Source of the DNA: Camelus dromedarius
Lineage: Eukaryota
Assembly (NCBI RefSeq): GCF_036321535.1
Contig: NC_087457.1
Location: 26,164,001 to 26,228,000 of the forward strand
DNA: 64,000 bases
Direction of reading: 5' to 3'
Part shown: in pieces, positions 33,405 to 48,400 of the stretch
Layout: each line of letters begins with the position of its first letter
Numbering within the stretch: position 1 is the stretch's first letter
Notes under the pieces: model-generated
Database searches by the model: none
Told to the model about the DNA's origin: nothing
The model's input: the letters and a program-made list of their open reading frames with translations, nothing else
Position numbers and translations under genes: made by a program

Positions 33405-36400
33405 CTTTAGTTCCAGAGGGCGAGGGTGAGTTGAATAGAGAATACCCGTTATTCAGTCAGAATGTGTAATAATTTCACCACATAGTTGAGCTACATTGAA
33501 TTAAGGTATTTTAGTTCTTCAGTGGACGCTAAAATGAATACTCTGGGTGATACTGTCTTCAGTACAGTCACCACAGGAACAGGCTCATTGTTGCTGCCTT
33601 TGAGTGGCCCAGACACTCTTGAAACTCCAAATTTGGAAATGCCTCCAGTTCCTGTGGTTACCTTCTTTCCAGTGTGCACAGATGGGGCTAAAGCAACGGT
33701 AGACTGATTTTTTTTTTTTTAATAAGCAGGTAGTCCTGTTGAAGGCAAACTGGAAAGTATCTGCTATCGTAACAGACTTATTTTTCTATTTATAAAGTAT
33801 TTTAAAAATTAACATGGATTTAAAAAATTGTAAAGAACAGTTTTGAGACAACTGTCAAAGTATGACTGGGTTTATGTATATTATAGTATTACATCAATAT
33901 TAAATTTCCTGAACTTAATAATTTCACTATAGCTATACAAAAATGTCCTTCTCCAGCTACATGCTTAAATATTAACACTTTGATTGCCCACCGTGGATCA
34001 GGTGCCCCTGAGGAAACACAACCGTCGCCCAGTTTTGGGTGACGTGGCGATCAACGTGTTAAGGGATGGAGAAGGGTTTTGATGCCTGCAACTTAATCTC
34101 AAGAGACTTGTCATAGACTGAATGTTTATGTTCCCCCCCCCCAACCCCGCAATGTGATGGTATGGGAGGTGAGGTCTTTGGTGGGTGATTAGATCACGAG
34201 GGCGGAACCCTCATGAGTGGGGTGAGTGCCCTTACAAAAGACCACAGAGCTCTCTCATCCCTTCTACCCTGTGACAACATCTCTCAGTGACCCAGGAAGC
34301 GGACCTGAGTCAGCCAGCACCTTGACCTCGGACTTCCCAGTCTCCAGAACTGTGAGAAATTTGTCGTTTGTAAGTCACTCGGGCTAAGGTATTCTGCTAT
34401 AGCAGCCTAAAATGCCTAAGACAAGATTCATCAAAAATAATGTGTAATGTGTACAGCAGAGAGAGAAAACGTGTGTGGCCAAATGCTAACAAACGGGCAA
34501 ACCTAGATAAAGGGCATACAGGAGGGTTCCTTGTCCTGTGTTATGGTTCTACAGGTTAAAACTTATTTTTAAAAATGTTTAAAAACTACAATTGTACTAG
34601 AAATTCTTCCTAGGTAGAAACATGAACATGAGTATTTGGATACTTTGTAAGGCAAAAAATGAGAAACTTACTAAATGAGAAATATGTACCAAGGAGAGGA
34701 AAATGAAGCTGGTTAAGCAGGTTAACAGTTTCCCATGCAGCAGCAGAAAAACATGAGGTTCATTTATCAGATATGTGCTGAGATGGGACGATCACAACAT
34801 ACTCCTAAGTGAAAACAAGGTACCAAACTCAGTTTAAATGCTATGTGGACACCATCAGCCATTTACTGTTGTACCAAGAACTAGTTAGTAATGAGAAGGA
34901 AACTACACACTGCCCTTACCTGTTTGAGAAGAAACCGGAGACATACTTCAGCAGGTAATGGAAAACCTGAATCAGAAACAGGAAAGCTATTTTATATAAA
35001 TACCTAATTTTTACTTTGTGGTAAATGCAAAAAGCAGTAACTCACAGTCAGATTTGAAGTTTTCTGCTTTACATACGGGGTCATGACATTTTTGATACCA
35101 AACTTCTTTTTTCAGGTCAACCAAAATCCTTTACATTAAAAAAGAAAGAAAAAATATTACTATCCAGACTGGCTAGAAAACAAAATTCAGCTACATGCCA
35201 TTTGTAAGTGATATGCCTAAGACTTAAAGATGGAGAGAAATTAAAAAGTAAAAAAATAAAAAAGATGGAAATAGATATACACCAACCAAAATTGTTACCA
35301 AAAATATCACAAAGTGGACTTTGGAGCAAAAAGTATGTGACAAGTTCCTCCGAGGAAGATGTAATTTCCAACCTGTACCCACATCTCTGATTCAAGAGAG
35401 CTTCAAAATATGTGAGCAAAACTGACATTTCAAGGATAAATAAAACAAATCTTCAACCATAAATCAAGATTTTAAAACATTCTTTTGATAACTGATACCA
35501 AAGAATCCAAAAAAACTCGGATACAGAACATTTGAATGAGGATTTAAAACAATTATAAAAATTGGCTTATATAAAAAATTAGGTACAGTATGAGTCATCA
35601 AATTTAAAAGTATTCATTCACACAACACATTCTCTGACCACAAAGCAAATTATTTAGAAATGACAAAGATAAAACTCAGTTTAGAAATTAAAAACATTTT
35701 TCTTAATAACCAAATGACTTAAGGAAAAATCATGATGGAAATTAGAATATGCTTAGAACTGAGTGGACCTGAAATTACATATTAAAATATGTGAAACAGC
35801 TAAAGTGACCTTTAGAAATTTAGAATCTTAAAAGCTTACAAAAGAGAATGCCTAAACCCAAGTAAGTAACTTAACTTAAGAAATGAATAGAGTAAACCCT
35901 AATAAATTAAAAGGCAGGAAGTAATAAAGAACAAAAATTTAGAAGAATCAACAAGGCCAAATGTAAAAACTAAAAAAGGTAATGACAAATGCTATTAGAA
36001 ATTCAGTGAGATGTAACTACAAATGCAGAATATACTAAAAATACAAGACTATTAATCCACTTTTTCCAATAATGTTGAAAATTTTGGTAGGACAAAGTAC
36101 CAGATAAAAATATACCAAATCAATCAAACCAAACCAAACAAATCAAAGTCAACGGAAAATCCAAACAGTCCTATAACCACTAAAATGTTTTCTTGAAAAT
36201 CTGAATTTGATTACTTTAAAATTTTCCCCACATTTCACAGAAAAGGAAACATACGGTAGCTAATATTCTGTGTGGTACTGGAACCATACCAAGGAGGCAA
36301 AAACCTGGCAACCCAGTCTAATTGACCCATAAACATTCCAGTAGTAAGACTCCCTAAAATACAGACTAATGCTGCAGTTCCCAAACTACACCGAAGCGCC

Positions 36401-39400
36401 CCCAGGTCAGTGTAGGGTATTTATATCTTCCTGGGAAACACGGTGATACTTGCACCTTCAAGCACCCTACAAACTACTTGCTTGTAATTCACAGCTTCAA
36501 TATATCACCATCCTTCTTCATTTCTTTCAGTGATGTCCTGTCTTTGTAGAGCTAGGTTTTGTGGTGGTGGCTGCAAAAAAAAGCACCATAAACAATTTCG
36601 TGTGAAGTGAGACAACAGTGGGAGTGGCAATATCCAGCCTGATTCCAAGGTTGAAGAGGTTATGTATGCAATGCTCAAAAGGACACACATCCCACTAATA
36701 ATTATATTTAGGAAGGGTCAAAAGGTCCAAACTTCCAGTTATAAATTAAGTCATGGAGATGTAATGTACAGTTAATAGCTGTGTTGCATATTTGAAAACT
36801 GGTAAGAGTAAATCTTAAAAGTCCCCATCACAAGAAAAAAAATTCTAACTATGCATCATTGCATGGTGATGGATGTAAGATTTCTTGTGGAGATCATTTT
36901 GCAATGTATACAAATATAGAATCATGATACCTGACACTAGTGTGTTATATGTCAATTATACATAAAATAAAAACATTTTCTTTCAGTTGACGAGTTGTTT
37001 TTTCAGAGAGCTACTAAATTATTAGGACAAATACTTATTAAGTTGCTTGAAAATGATTAATAAAGAGAACTATTAGGTATTTCTTTTGCCCTTGGAGCAA
37101 TGAGGGAAAATTACTAAGATACTAAGGGCCCCACCAACTGAGCAACTCTGGGAACCTCTGGGCCGATGGCAATCTGCTAGGTGGAAAGTCTTTATGTATA
37201 GGATGCTGTTTGCAGGATGTTTCTGATTTCCGCATACAGTAAACAAACCTAGAGTCTATGGGTTTATGAGGCACGGTTCCCTAGACATGTCACACGGGCT
37301 TTGTAACTACGAATATAAAACACAGATGTTTCATAACCTCAGCACTCTGCCACGTGCAGTCCCTGCTCACTTCTGCCTCAGCTTGCAGCCTGAATCAGAG
37401 AGACCATCCAGGGCAGGAAGGAGCCGGGGAGCCCTGCCAGCTACCCCAGGGCTCAGCACTGCTTCACCTGTCCCTTTCATTCCCTGTATCTTTAGAGCTA
37501 TTATTAAAGCTTAACACTCGGTAAGATCTCTGATTCATATGAGTGAGCTTTGACAATCCAATCCTCAAATTCATTAGTAATCAGGGAAATTCAGATGAAA
37601 ACCACAGTATCATTTTACAATCACCAGATTAGCAAAACAAAATTTTAAAACCTAACAATTTTAATAAAGTGTTGGTGAGACTATGGAGCAGTAGAAAATC
37701 TGAAAACACTGCTGATGGGAGTATAAAGTAGCATGACCATTTGAGTAAATAATTATCTAATAAAATTAAATATGTGCATATTCTATACACAGCAATCCTA
37801 CTTCTAGATAAATACTTTGAGAAACTCCTGCATATGTGCACTAAGTGATATATACAAGAATATTTGTAGCTTCACTGTTTATAACCACAAGCCAGATGTC
37901 CACAGTAGGACAACAGATGAACTAGTATATATTTGTGTAATGACATACTACACAATAATGAAAAAAGAATAAGTAAGCAACAGCTACCTGCTGCGTATGG
38001 ATGAACCTCACAAACAGAATGTTGACCAAAAAGCAAGTCAAAGGATGCAACTTACATAAGATTCAAAAACATGTAAAATGAAATAATATATTGTTTGGGG
38101 ATACAAATATATATGGAAAAACCATATATATGCAAACAAGGGAAAGATGAACACAAAATCCAGGATAATAGCTACAGTGTCTGAAGAAATTGGGGTCGGG
38201 CCCACAAGGTGTTTCTGAGGTTCAGATAAATTGTTTCTTATGGTGGGTGGCAGATATGACAAGTTATTTTAGTATTAGTCCTTAAAATGTACATATAAAT
38301 TAGACACACTTTTGTATGTATGGTATATTTCACATTTAAGAAAAAGAATACGCTATGGATCTATAATACAACCTGGTCATTCTTCAGAAAGAAATATATA
38401 GCAACCTGAGAACCCCAAAAAGTTAAAAGATGATCACTGACTGATAATGATTTTCTGGTAAACTCTTACGCATAGAAAAAAAGACTAGAAAGATCCACCA
38501 AAAGCATAACCATATTTACCACTGGTTCTGGGACTATGGGTGGTCTTTTTGTGTTTTTCTGTTACAGCTTTGTGTACTGAACGTATAGTTTTTAAAGTTG
38601 TTTTTTTTTAAAACTGTATTAATCTACATATGTAGGTATAGCATTGAATTGTGATACCCAACATGTCTTCCAGCTTTCCAACAAAAGCTTCATGATGATT
38701 GTGTCACATCTGGCCCATGTGCTGTAAACACTTTAGCAAAGTCTCAGCTTTGACGTTAAGTATTAAAACAACAAAATTTCTCACATCATAAATGATAACT
38801 ACTGGGTTTCTAATTTACCCCTATTTTAAACATCTCCTTATATTATTTAAAATTCAATTTCTAGCTTTACTTGATCCTTTACTCCCTTTCCTTTCACTAG
38901 GGGCATTTAAAATAAAACTCCAAAAACACGGCCTGGCATACGTAGCAAGCATTCAATAAATACTGGTTCCCTTCTATACCATTCTTTGTCTTGAATGCGT
39001 TAACACATAACCTTAACTCCATTTCTTAAACACTAACTGAGTAGTTTCCTTCTTGCCCAAATTTGCTCATCTTTGATTTAGACTCCACAGGTGTACCTCT
39101 CATTTCCTTCCAACCCTGCTCAATTCCACTTTAGTCCTCAAGATTAAGCTATCTAAGGAATTATCTTACCAAATAAAGATGATACGGACTAGAAGCAAGG
39201 TAATATTTAAGACATACAAATTAAACATTAAAAAACACAAACCAAATAAAATAAATTGAATTACAATTAAATCTGTTATAACAAAATCATTTTTATATTC
39301 TCAACTTAAAAAATTTTATAATAAACATTTAAAATGTACTTATTAAACACAGAACTCATTAACTGACAGTATTACTTACATGATGTTATTACTCTTGTGG

Positions 39401-42400
39401 GCTCTTCTAATGTTTTCACACCAGCGATATTTACAAATATCATAAACTAGTAATTCTTCTGGAAAAAAGTAGTTCCAACGCCGAATTCCTGAAATGCAAA
39501 TAATGTTTCTAAAAGTATTATTACCGTATCATACATATAATAGTTAATAAAGAATACGTTATTTTTTACCTCCTTTAATGCCATTTTTATTCACCAGAGA
39601 GAGAACAAATTGATCAATTTCAGGGTAAGGTGAACACTGAAAACCTTCAACAGCTTCTACTGCAACAGAATGAAAAATTAATTATAAACTATACTGGCTG
39701 AAAGATGAGGAATTAAATTTTGATTTAAGTTGTTGTTTAGTACAACTATGGGTTTTCAACACCCCTCTCCCTGCCAGCTTTTCTTTTTTCCTTCTCTGCA
39801 ATTTTTCTTTTAGTCAGTCATGGATTCTTACAAGGAAGGAGATAAAAATTCAAACCTCTCAAATCAAATGTTAACTAATTTTGGTATCATTTCAATTGCT
39901 TTCTCTCTGATAAAGAGAAAAGCAGCCCCTTCCATCCAGGAGCTGTCCTAGTACTGTCGCTGAGGCCTTGGTGTTGCTACAAGCTGGCTGGGGACTCAGC
40001 TCAGCCCTGGTGTTCTCCTGTTAATCATAAACTATTTTACAGAACTTCAACATCAGATAAGGCCACTCCATGCCCATGATGATTCAAGTCAAAAACAAGA
40101 CAACTCTGTAACCATGTCTGAACACAGACAAAACATGAGCATTTTCCACACCACAAAAATGAACAAACGCCCACCTATGTTGTCTGATACAAGTAGCTGC
40201 TCCTTTGCCAATTACAGCTTTGGTCTCCCTGTAGCCAGCCTTCCTTCTAGATAAGATTTATCAAGATGTTCAATCACAGAATTGTCACTGACTGCACCCA
40301 ACTCAAAACAAACCCACATTTCCTTGGATACTCTTCAGAAGCATCTAACTCAAGCCTGAATCCTACAAGTCCTTTCTAACACTGCTTTACTGAGATGCCC
40401 CAGTTTGCCATGGTGTGCATTCTCCACTGTGACAGCCAGTAATAAACTCAGCTTACTAACCACTGGTGTGGCCCTCAGTGCTCTGTAGCTGTATGGCACT
40501 GACATTCAGTTACATTTTCTATCTAAGACACTAGTGAAATAGTTTAGAACAATTTATTTTAAATCTCCTTTAAATTTAAAGATAGACTATATACTTTTCT
40601 TAAAGCCTAATCTTGCTTACAAAAATAATATACATAATTAAAGAAATTTTGGAAAACATATTAAAGCACAAATGAGAGAAATAAATCTCCAAATTAACAT
40701 CTAGAAATAACTGTTAAATGAGAGGAAAGTAAAGATAAGAAAATGTTATCTATAGTTCAGTCTTAACATCATAAATGGGCATTTTCCATATTATATAAGC
40801 TTTATAAATCTAAATTAAATGACTAGAGTATTTTATAGTATGTAACATATCCCATTTTGTTGTACATTTAAATTTTCAGTTTTTCACTATTATAAATAAT
40901 GATAGCCCAAAACATTTGTATAAAAATATTTACTGGAAAATTTATATATGATATCTTAGAAAAAGACCTATATTTTCTTCACTGTAGGAATGAAGAACAT
41001 ATAGATTTTCTGAAAAACTAATGGCCACTGAAAGCACGAGGAAGCTCTCCACATACTGGAAATATAGGAAAAGCTCTGCTAGGTTAAATGAGAAACTATG
41101 GACAGTGGTTACCCATCTTTGTAGACAGAGGGGTGAAGAGAACTTACAGTTTTTTCATTTTAATATGTGTTTATTTTATACAAACTATCGACACTATTTT
41201 CATATTTTTCCCCGAAACACCATAAAATGAAAATTAGTGAATAAGCTTTAAAATACAATTTTTTACACTTTTTCCCATTTTGGATAGAAACCTAGTTGTT
41301 CTGGAGAATTAGTACATAAGAATACTTAAGATTTTTAAGCAAAATAAAATTTTCATCCTTAAATTTTCATAGGAATTGTTTTCTTAAAATTACCTGAAGT
41401 ACTGGTGCTGTTAAAATACTCAACTCGGTCTTGTTTATTTTGAGATATGTCACATGTCAGAATTCGTAACGCATCTGAGAATCTGAAGAAGAAAATATAT
41501 ACAGCAAAGTAACATATTAGAATTAAAGAGCTGTGACTACAGAAAGGACACAATTTCAAATAGCTCCACAGTAAAATCCTTCGTTCAACAGCTAATTATT
41601 CTAGGATGTTTATACCACGTTTGCCTACAAAAGCACCAGTACACCCATACAAACAGAGTAGCCTGGTGATCATTTCTAACACTTGCCTCAACTACAGAGT
41701 GAATCAGAAGACTCTTGGACCGCTGAAGCTACAGAATGAAGTATAATTCTATTCCCCAAACATACAGAGCCTTTGAAGTTTTTGTTAACAATGATTTTTA
41801 TAGTCTGAATAATAGGAAGAAAAAAGAAAGAGGGATGAAAGCAAAGGGAAAATAGGTTAACATTAGCTGAAAGAAAAGATACATTCATAACCATAAAGAA
41901 TTTTGCCTTTATTTCACAAAGAAAAATACCTGATACTTAGTTGGATATACAAACGACAATTACGGTAACCCTATCCAGCGGAACTCTCCACTTCCGTAAA
42001 ATTAATATTAAAACTACAAAAGAAATGGGATTTGGTAATCAAGAGATCACCTGTACTCAGGCTGTATTAGAGGCCAACTGTGTTACTTTCCCATAAGTAA
42101 TAGAATGTGGCCTTATTCTGGTGCCAACAACAGTGGGCAGCAACAATCACACAATTTTCAGGACCACATTACTTCTAGAATCTCAGATATGACTAACAAC
42201 TAACATTTACTGAGCAGATACCATGTGCCAGGCACTGCTGTAAACACACACATGCATACAGTTCTACCTTATTTAATCTTCACAACTCCATAAAATAGAT
42301 GTTAACATTACTTCCATTTTAAAGGTAAAGAAACTAAGACTTTGACTTCTGAGACTTGGTATAAAAGGTCAAACAGTCCAGAAACAAATAGAGAAAAACA

Positions 42401-45400
42401 ACCCATCTTCCCACCCTCCTCAGTAACCACTATCAAGTGGACATTTGGACACAACTTTCCCTATGGCAGTGTATTTTAAATATTTTTATTAAAATTTACT
42501 TTTATGGAATTTCTCTTTAAAATTACATATATTATAAAAAAGCAGGTGGAGAAGAATCAGACCAAGTTAATTTAGCAAGGTAATTTGGTCTCATCTTCAA
42601 TCACATGTTTTGCACTAATAAAAATTGCTAGCCAAGAATGAAGGGGAACGAAGGCAAATATTTCTGTTGAAAGATGTCTTTCAAACTTTTTAAAAGTGAT
42701 CAAAACATTGGAGTTCAAATGTTCAGTAATAGAACTGACAATAGAGTATAGCAATATAATGGAAAACTATATACACATAAAGTTTTATTTATAATTAATT
42801 GTTGGCAAATTATTAACTTGACAAATATTCATGATATAATGTTGGGTGGATAAAACAGATGACATAACCATACAAATAATGATCTCAAGAAATATATTTT
42901 GAATAAAGGAGCTACATAAATTATAGTTCTTTATATGCACATATAAAATTAAATGTTAAATTATATTTCCAAATGCAATACAAGTAGTTTTTATTTTCTT
43001 TTTTATAGAAGTGATAATCATTTTAGGAAAAATTGGGCAATATTATCAATTATAAACATAAAAAGATATAAAGAAAAAGATAAGTGGTTAAAAATAACTT
43101 AATTACTATTATTTTTTAGTTAATGGACAAAAAAGAGCAGTTAACCTAGAATTTTAAGAAGCAACTTTCTCTTACTCAAGGCAGAAAAATTTATACAATT
43201 CACACTTTAGCAATGCACAGTGCCATTCACTGCTTAATAAATATTCATGAATACACAATGGTTTAATTCTGGTACTGTATACCTGACATGGCTAACCAAA
43301 GAAGAGAGGAAATACTGATATTCTTCAGAAATATTCTTTGATCGTACAGGATAAAACTTGTTATCTTCAGCAACCTCCAAAGCCACATACTTTCCTATTT
43401 TTGATGATTTATACAGCCGAAAGTTTCTATTTCTTGTATAAACTCCTAAAGCAAAAATTAATAAAACAGTATGAGTACATGTTTTCAGTGATTTTTTTTA
43501 CAGTCAGCAAATACTAAGTTAATTCTGCACAGCATTATGAGAAGAAACAACCGGTGCTTGTTCAAGACGGTGATGTAGAAAGACGCTGAAGTCACCTTCT
43601 CCCGTGGACACGCCGAATCCACAGCTATCTATGGAACAATTTCCTGTGGGAAAAACCTAAGAACTGGTGGAGCAACCCCTTCACATCAGGCAAACGAGAA
43701 GGAAATCACAACAAAGCGGACAGGAAAGGCTGAGATACACTCTTGCTATAAACTTGACCCCAGGCACAATAGCACACAGTCCGAAAGGAACTCAGGGACT
43801 CCTCCCTGAGGAGCAGAGTTCACACCCCACATCAGGCACCCCAGCTTTCCGACCAGCACCTGAGGAGAGACTCCCAAAACCTGGACTCGAAGGCCAGCTG
43901 GGCTCACGCGCACAAGCCCCACAGGACTGCGAGCACTGAGGAAGCTCTCTTAAAGGGCTCACATGCAGACTCACCTGCCCCAGGGCCAAGTGTGGAAGCG
44001 GCCCCTTGAAAAACACCCATTCTTTAGGTGACAGTGACTCATTTGCTGATTTTAAAGCAAAACTGGCTGAGGGGCGAGGTCCTGCTGGGACGTTCTCCCA
44101 GGACGAGGCCGGTGGGCGCCACCTTCCCACTCTCCTTCTGCCCTGCGAAAGCCAGCAGGAGCCACCTTCCTTTCCTCTTTTTTTTCTTTCATCAGTGGGT
44201 ACCATCTAAAGACTTCCCCCTCTGCCTTGCTCCAGCCAGCAGGCGCCACCTTTGTGCTCGCCTCTGCCATGCTCCAGGCTGCCAGTCTCTTCCAGAGCGG
44301 AGCTTCTACACACACCTGGTGCCCTGGTTTTCACATCTGGTACTACCCAGGGGACACCCCTTGATCTCTGGGCTCTGGAGTCTGGAGCAGCTTGTGATCC
44401 TGGGTCCCACAGGGCTTAACGATCAGGAGACAGCTCTTGGTAAACTACACCACTCCCAGAGGACCGCACAGACAGCAGACTTAAACACACTCAGTCTTTC
44501 TGACAAAGAGGCCTATCTGCTTGTCCAGGAGCACGGAGGCCTGGGAAGGGACTCACAGGGAACAAAGGCCAGTAGGCACCACCTCTGCGCTCTCCCTCTT
44601 CCTCCCTACAGCTCACCAGTACCTCTCAGAAAGGCGCTTACATACTCATCTGGAGCCCCAGTTTTTGTGACTCCTGCCCGGCCAGACTACCTGGCTCTGG
44701 TGACTAGCGGGGCTGGAGCTCGTGGTCCCACAAGAGTGCACACATTTGCATTCTTTAAAAGCTGCTGCCTGAAGGTCTGGCTTCCAAATCAGCTTGAATC
44801 TGGGTGCTGACTGAGATCCTTCCCTTTGGGATACCGACTGGCCTTGGTGCATGCTCAGCTACTGAGCTATTAAATAAAATAGGCTGCTTGCACAGTCACA
44901 AAGGTTTGAGACAGCATGAGCTACGACAGGGCCGAGTGATAAAGTTCATCTACACACAGTCAATCCTTCAAGACCTGGAGAAGCGGCTGTTTCATCTAAT
45001 GGATAGAAATCAACATAGAGAGTCAAGCAAAATGAAGAGGAATACGTTCCAAAGGAACAAGATAAACCTTAGGGGGGGAATTCATAATTTACCTGATAAA
45101 AAGTTCAAAATAATGATCATAAAGATGTTGGCTGAACTCAGGAAAAGAATGGAGAAACACAGTTAAGAACTTCAACAAAGAGAAAATATAAGAAAGTACC
45201 ATACAGAAGTCACAGAGCTGAAGAATATAACAACTGAACTGAAAAACACAGTAGAGGGGTCCAACAGCAGACTAGACAAAGGAGAGGAGAGGATCAGTGA
45301 ACTCAAACACAGGGCAGAGGAACTCACCCAATCAGAGCAGCCAAAAAAGAAAAGAATGAATAAAGTGAAGACAGCTTAAGGGGCTTATGGGACAACACCA

Positions 45401-48400
45401 AGCAGACTAACATTCACATTAAAGGAGTCCTAGAAGGAAAAGAGAGAAAAGAACAGAAAAGAACCTGTAAAAGGAAACAGACGCAGATCCAGGAAGCCCA
45501 GAGAGTTCTAAATAAGACCAACCCAAAGAGAGTTACACTAATACACACTATAATTAAAATGTCAAAAATTAAAGACAAGGAGAGAATCTTAAAAGTAGCA
45601 AGAGAAAAAACTTATTACATACAAGGGAACCCCCAAAAAGACTATGAAATGTTGCAGACCAGAAGGGAGTAAGTAGCATGATATATTCAATTTGGCTGGC
45701 AGAAAAACCTCCAACCAAGAATAGTCTACCTGGCAATGTTATCATTTATAATTGAAGGACAGATAAAGAGTTTTCCAGACAAGTAAATACTAAAGGAGTT
45801 CATCACCACTAAACTAGCCGTGTAAAAAATTATTAAAGGGACTTCCTTAAACTGAAAAAATAAAAAGGGTGTTAATTAGTAACAAAACATATGAAAGAAT
45901 AAATCTCCACTAGTAAAGGTAAATATGTAGTAAAGGTAGTGGATTAACACTTACCAAACTGGTATGAAGTTTAAAAGACAAAAATAGTAAAAATAACAAC
46001 ATAATTAAGGGATAAAGAAGACGTAAAGTGTGACATCAAAAACGAGGAGTAAAAAATTTAGAGATCTAGAATGTGGTTCAAATTTAAGTTGTCATTGACT
46101 TAAAAAGACAGTTATAAATGTAAGTTACTATATTTAAGCCTCATGGTAACCACAAAGCAAAAACCTGTAGTGCAATACAGAAGATAATGACAAAAGGAAG
46201 CTAAGCATACCACTGGAGAAAGTCATCAACCACAAAGGCAGAGAGCAAGAAAAGCAGAAAGAAACAGAGAAACTACAAAACAATCATCAGAAAACTATCA
46301 AATATATGGCAATAAGTATATACCTATCAATAATTACTTTCAGTGTAAAGGGACTAAATTATCCAATCAAAAGATACAGAGTGACTAAATGGATTAAAAA
46401 AAAAAGCAACAAGATCTATTTATAAGCTGCATACTAGAGACGCACTTCAGACACAAGGACACACACAGGCTGAAAGTGAAGGGATGTAAAAAGGTATTCC
46501 AAACAAATGGCAACAAAAAGAAAGCTGGAATAGCTATACTTGTATCAAACAAAAATATGAGATAAAGAAGGGCATTATGTAATGATAAATAAAGGGATCA
46601 ATACACAAAGAGGATAACATTTGTAAATGCTATTTACACTCAACATAGGAGCACCTAAATATATAAAGGAAATATTAACAAACCTAAAGGGAGAAACAGA
46701 TGGCAACAGAGCATTCAGAAAGAAAATCAATAAGGAAACAGCCTTAAATGACCCATTAGATCAGATGGATTTAACAGAACATTCCATCTAAAAGCAACGT
46801 TCTTCTCAAATGCACATGGAAACTTCTCCAGGAAGAATCATGTTAGGCCACAAAGCAAGTCTTAACAAATTTAAGAAGACTGAACTCATATCAAGTATCT
46901 TTTCTGACCAGAGTGGTATGAAACTGGAAATTAATTACAGGGAGAAAACTAGAAAATTCACATGTATGTGGATACTGACTAACAAGCTAGTGAGTAAACA
47001 ATGGGTCAAACAAATTGAAGAAATTTTTAAAAAATACCTTGAGACAAAAGAAAATAGAAATACAACATACCAAAATGTGTAGAATGCAACAAAAGCAGTT
47101 CTAAAAGAGAGAGATTCATATTGATATAGTCCTACCTACCTCAAGAAACAAACAAACAAAACTCAAATCATTTATACATCAAGGAACTAGAAAAAGACCA
47201 AATGAAGCCCGAAGTTAGTAGAAGGAAGGAAATAACAAATAATAGAGCAGAAATAAATGAAACAGAGACTAAAAATAGAAAACATCAATGAAGCAAGAGC
47301 TGGTTCTTTGAAAAGATAAAATTGACAAGCCTTAGCTAGACTCACCAAGAAAAAGGACTCAAATAAAATCAGAAATGAAAGAGGAGATATCACAACTGAT
47401 ACAAAGGATCATAAGAGACTATTATTAACAATTATGTATCAACAAATAGGACAACCTAGATTAAGGATAACATACAAACTGCTGAGACTGAATCATAAAG
47501 AAATCAAAAATCTGAAAGGACCAATTACCNNNNNNNNNNNNNNNNNNNNNNNNNNNNNNNNNNNNNNNNNNNNNNNNNNNNNNNNNNNNNNNNNNNNNNN
47601 NNNNNNNNNNNNNNNNNNNNNNNNNNNNNNNNNNNNNNNNNNNNNNNNNNNNNNNNNNNNNNNNNNNNNNNNNNNNNNNNNNNNNACTTCCAAACCCACT
47701 TTGCAAGACCAACATTACCCTGATACCAACACTACACAAGGATACCATAAGAAAAGAAAATTAGAGGCCAGTATCATTGGCCTCTAGATGTAAACATAGA
47801 TGTAAAAATTCTCAACAAAATATTAGCAAGCCAACTTGAACACTACATTAAAAGGATCATACACCACAATCAAGTGGGATTTATTTCAGGGATACAGGAT
47901 GGTTCAACATCCACAAATTAATCACACTAATGCGATATAACACATTAACAAACTGAAGTATAAAAACCATATAATCAAAAAAAATCATATAATCATCTCA
48001 ATATATCAATAGATGCAGAAAAGCCTTCGACAAAATTCAACATCCACTTATGAAAAAACCTTCAACAAAGTGGATATAGAGGAAACATACGTCAACATAA
48101 TAAAGCTCACATATGACAAGGCCACAGCTAGAAATACTTAGCAAAAAAACTGAAAGCTTTTCCTCTAAGATCAGGAACAAGGACGTGCATTCTCACCACT
48201 TTTATTCAATGTAGTATTGGAAGTCCTAGGACTTCCACAGCAATTAGGCAAGGAAAAAAAATAAAACGCATCCAAATTGGAAAAGAAAAAGTAAAACTGT
48301 TATTTGCAGATGACTTGATATTATATAAGCTGAGATCTTATAAGCTGAGATATGTCCCAATAAACCCACTGTAAGTTGAAAATATCATTAAGTTGAAAAT

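Noticed and set aside
44028-44810. 260-aa ORF, the longest N-free ORF in the track
   Set aside because: Lies in the GC-rich L1 5' UTR, has no ATG start and no L1 ORF1 or host similarity.
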